From the NCBI GenBank assembly GCA_026770705.1, contig JANJGN010000031.1, positions 1,550,001 to 1,614,000 on the forward strand: a stretch of DNA of 64,000 bases, in the 5' to 3' direction. Position numbers and translations under genes: made by a program. Position 1 is the first letter of the stretch; each line of letters begins with the position of its first letter. The notes below the pieces were generated by a model that worked only from the letters and a program-made list of their open reading frames with translations, searched no databases and had not been told where the DNA came from. Source of the DNA: Isurus oxyrinchus. Its lineage: Eukaryota. Below are positions 62,649 to 64,000 of this stretch, piece by piece.

Positions 62649-63079
62649 CAGGTCATGTATCCTTTATCCATAAATCCAAAATCCAAACACATCCAAAAAC
62701 TGCACTATCTGTGCACCTCTTCAACCTTTAACAGAAAAAGCCTGACCTAAGCCAACATTAACCTTGCTGACTGCACCCAACCTTTAGCATTGAAGTCCAG
62801 TTGTTTGCCTGCACTGTTACTTTGCAAACCCTCTCCTTCAAGCAGACTCGCAGATGGCGCCACAGGTGGGAACTCACTGCAGGTACCCCTGTATTTATTA
62901 TTCTGTGTTACATCTTACTTTTCTAGCTATTACAATTACTTTAAACTACAGCTAACCTAGGATTCAGCCATTAGAATGTAAGTAGGCCTAGTCCTATATG
63001 AGGTATCCAAAAAATGAAATAACCTGAAATCCAAAACGCAATCAGCCCCGAGGGCTTTGGATAAAGGATACTCAACCTG
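62649..63079. mobile_element. Tc1/mariner (pogo/Tigger-like) MITE
   Basis: 22-bp imperfect TIRs CAGGTCATGTATCCTTTATCCA / CAGGTTGAGTATCCTTTATCCA, flanked by TA on both sides. Confidence 0.75.
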
Positions 63080-64000
63080 TATTGCCCTATCTATTGTTGC
63101 ACATTTACCCACATGGATAAACCCTGCTGAAAGCATCACCAAGCTTAAAAACACATCATTTGATCTACATTTAGAGTTTTTTTCTTGGAGCTCCATTTTT
63201 CCATCTCCATTTTTCTCCTCTACATTCTAAAAGCATTAAATCCTGCTGGGATTAGAACTTCCAAGAAGTGGCCTTTGTTCAAGTGTGTGCCTTCACAGTG
63301 AGCACTGGGGGGTATGTGAGTTGGGTGGGGGAAAGGGCTGTGGGTGTTGATTTCCAGCTCTGACATGTGTATGCGTAACTTTAACCCCTCAAAGCACAGG
63401 ATTTCTGAGGCTAATGGTACAGGTCCGTCCTCAGCTGGGAGCAGCTAATTCAGCATAGCATGGGGATTCAACCAGGGTTCATTTCCCTATGTGGTTCAGT
63501 TGTACAATACCTTTACCCATGTGGTGGGAGCAATGTACAAATAATTAATTAAATATCCCTTAGGAAGATAGTTTTTGTACAATAAATAATTTGTCTTTGC
63601 TGTTGTAACTCACATTAATGAGTCATGTGACTGGCGCCGTTTGATTTGTTTTGTATAAATTGACCGTCTTTGTCCTGTTTCCTCTGTTTGAGTTGGAAAT
63701 TTACATAAAGACTGGAAATGCAATGCACTTTTGTTCCAGATTCCAATTTCTGGTGTCAACATAAAACACGGAAGTCGGGTGTCCACTGGAGTTTGGATTA
63801 CATCAACTTGAAATTTGAATATTTTCTCCATGGAGTGCTTTACCAGAAAGAGTGATGGAACCAGAATCCAGTTTTTAAAGTAGGTAGTGGATAAATATTT
63901 GAAAAAGACTTTTTAAAAATTGAAAGAACAAGGGAATGGAGACTAAGTGGATAGTTGTATCAGAGACATGGCAATTTTAAAAAAAGCATATCTTCCTGAC

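Overview
Eukaryotic (vertebrate) germline DNA, most likely a cartilaginous fish (inferred from the style of the CR1/SINE/Penelope repeats). The window is part of an unrearranged T-cell receptor beta variable (TRBV) array. It holds 11 minus-strand V segments in 5 paralogous types (A-E), each with a short leader exon, an intron, a V exon ending in YYCAWS (YYCPRS in type A) and a 23-bp-spacer RSS. Types C and E (4 copies) look intact; types A, B and D (7 copies) are pseudogenes. The V domains strongly resemble the mammalian TRBV30/Vbeta14 lineage. The array is built from a ~22.6-kb segmental tandem duplication (partial copy 1-6361, then 6362-34815 and 34816-57453) whose junction cuts a PIF/Harbinger DNA transposon. 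One unit has gained a young 5.8-kb Neptune-type Penelope-like retroelement (RT + GIY-YIG) with hammerhead-ribozyme motifs in its pseudo-LTRs. After 57.45 kb the sequence is unique and consists of nested decayed transposons. Highlights: substitutions between duplicate copies concentrate in CDR1/CDR2 of the intact V genes while the pseudogene exons stay identical; every RSS has an AP-1 site at the heptamer/spacer junction and an Ets/E-box block just beyond the nonamer; and there is a 142-bp hammerhead-bearing mini-insertion with a perfect 12-bp TSD. No D, J or C segments are visible.
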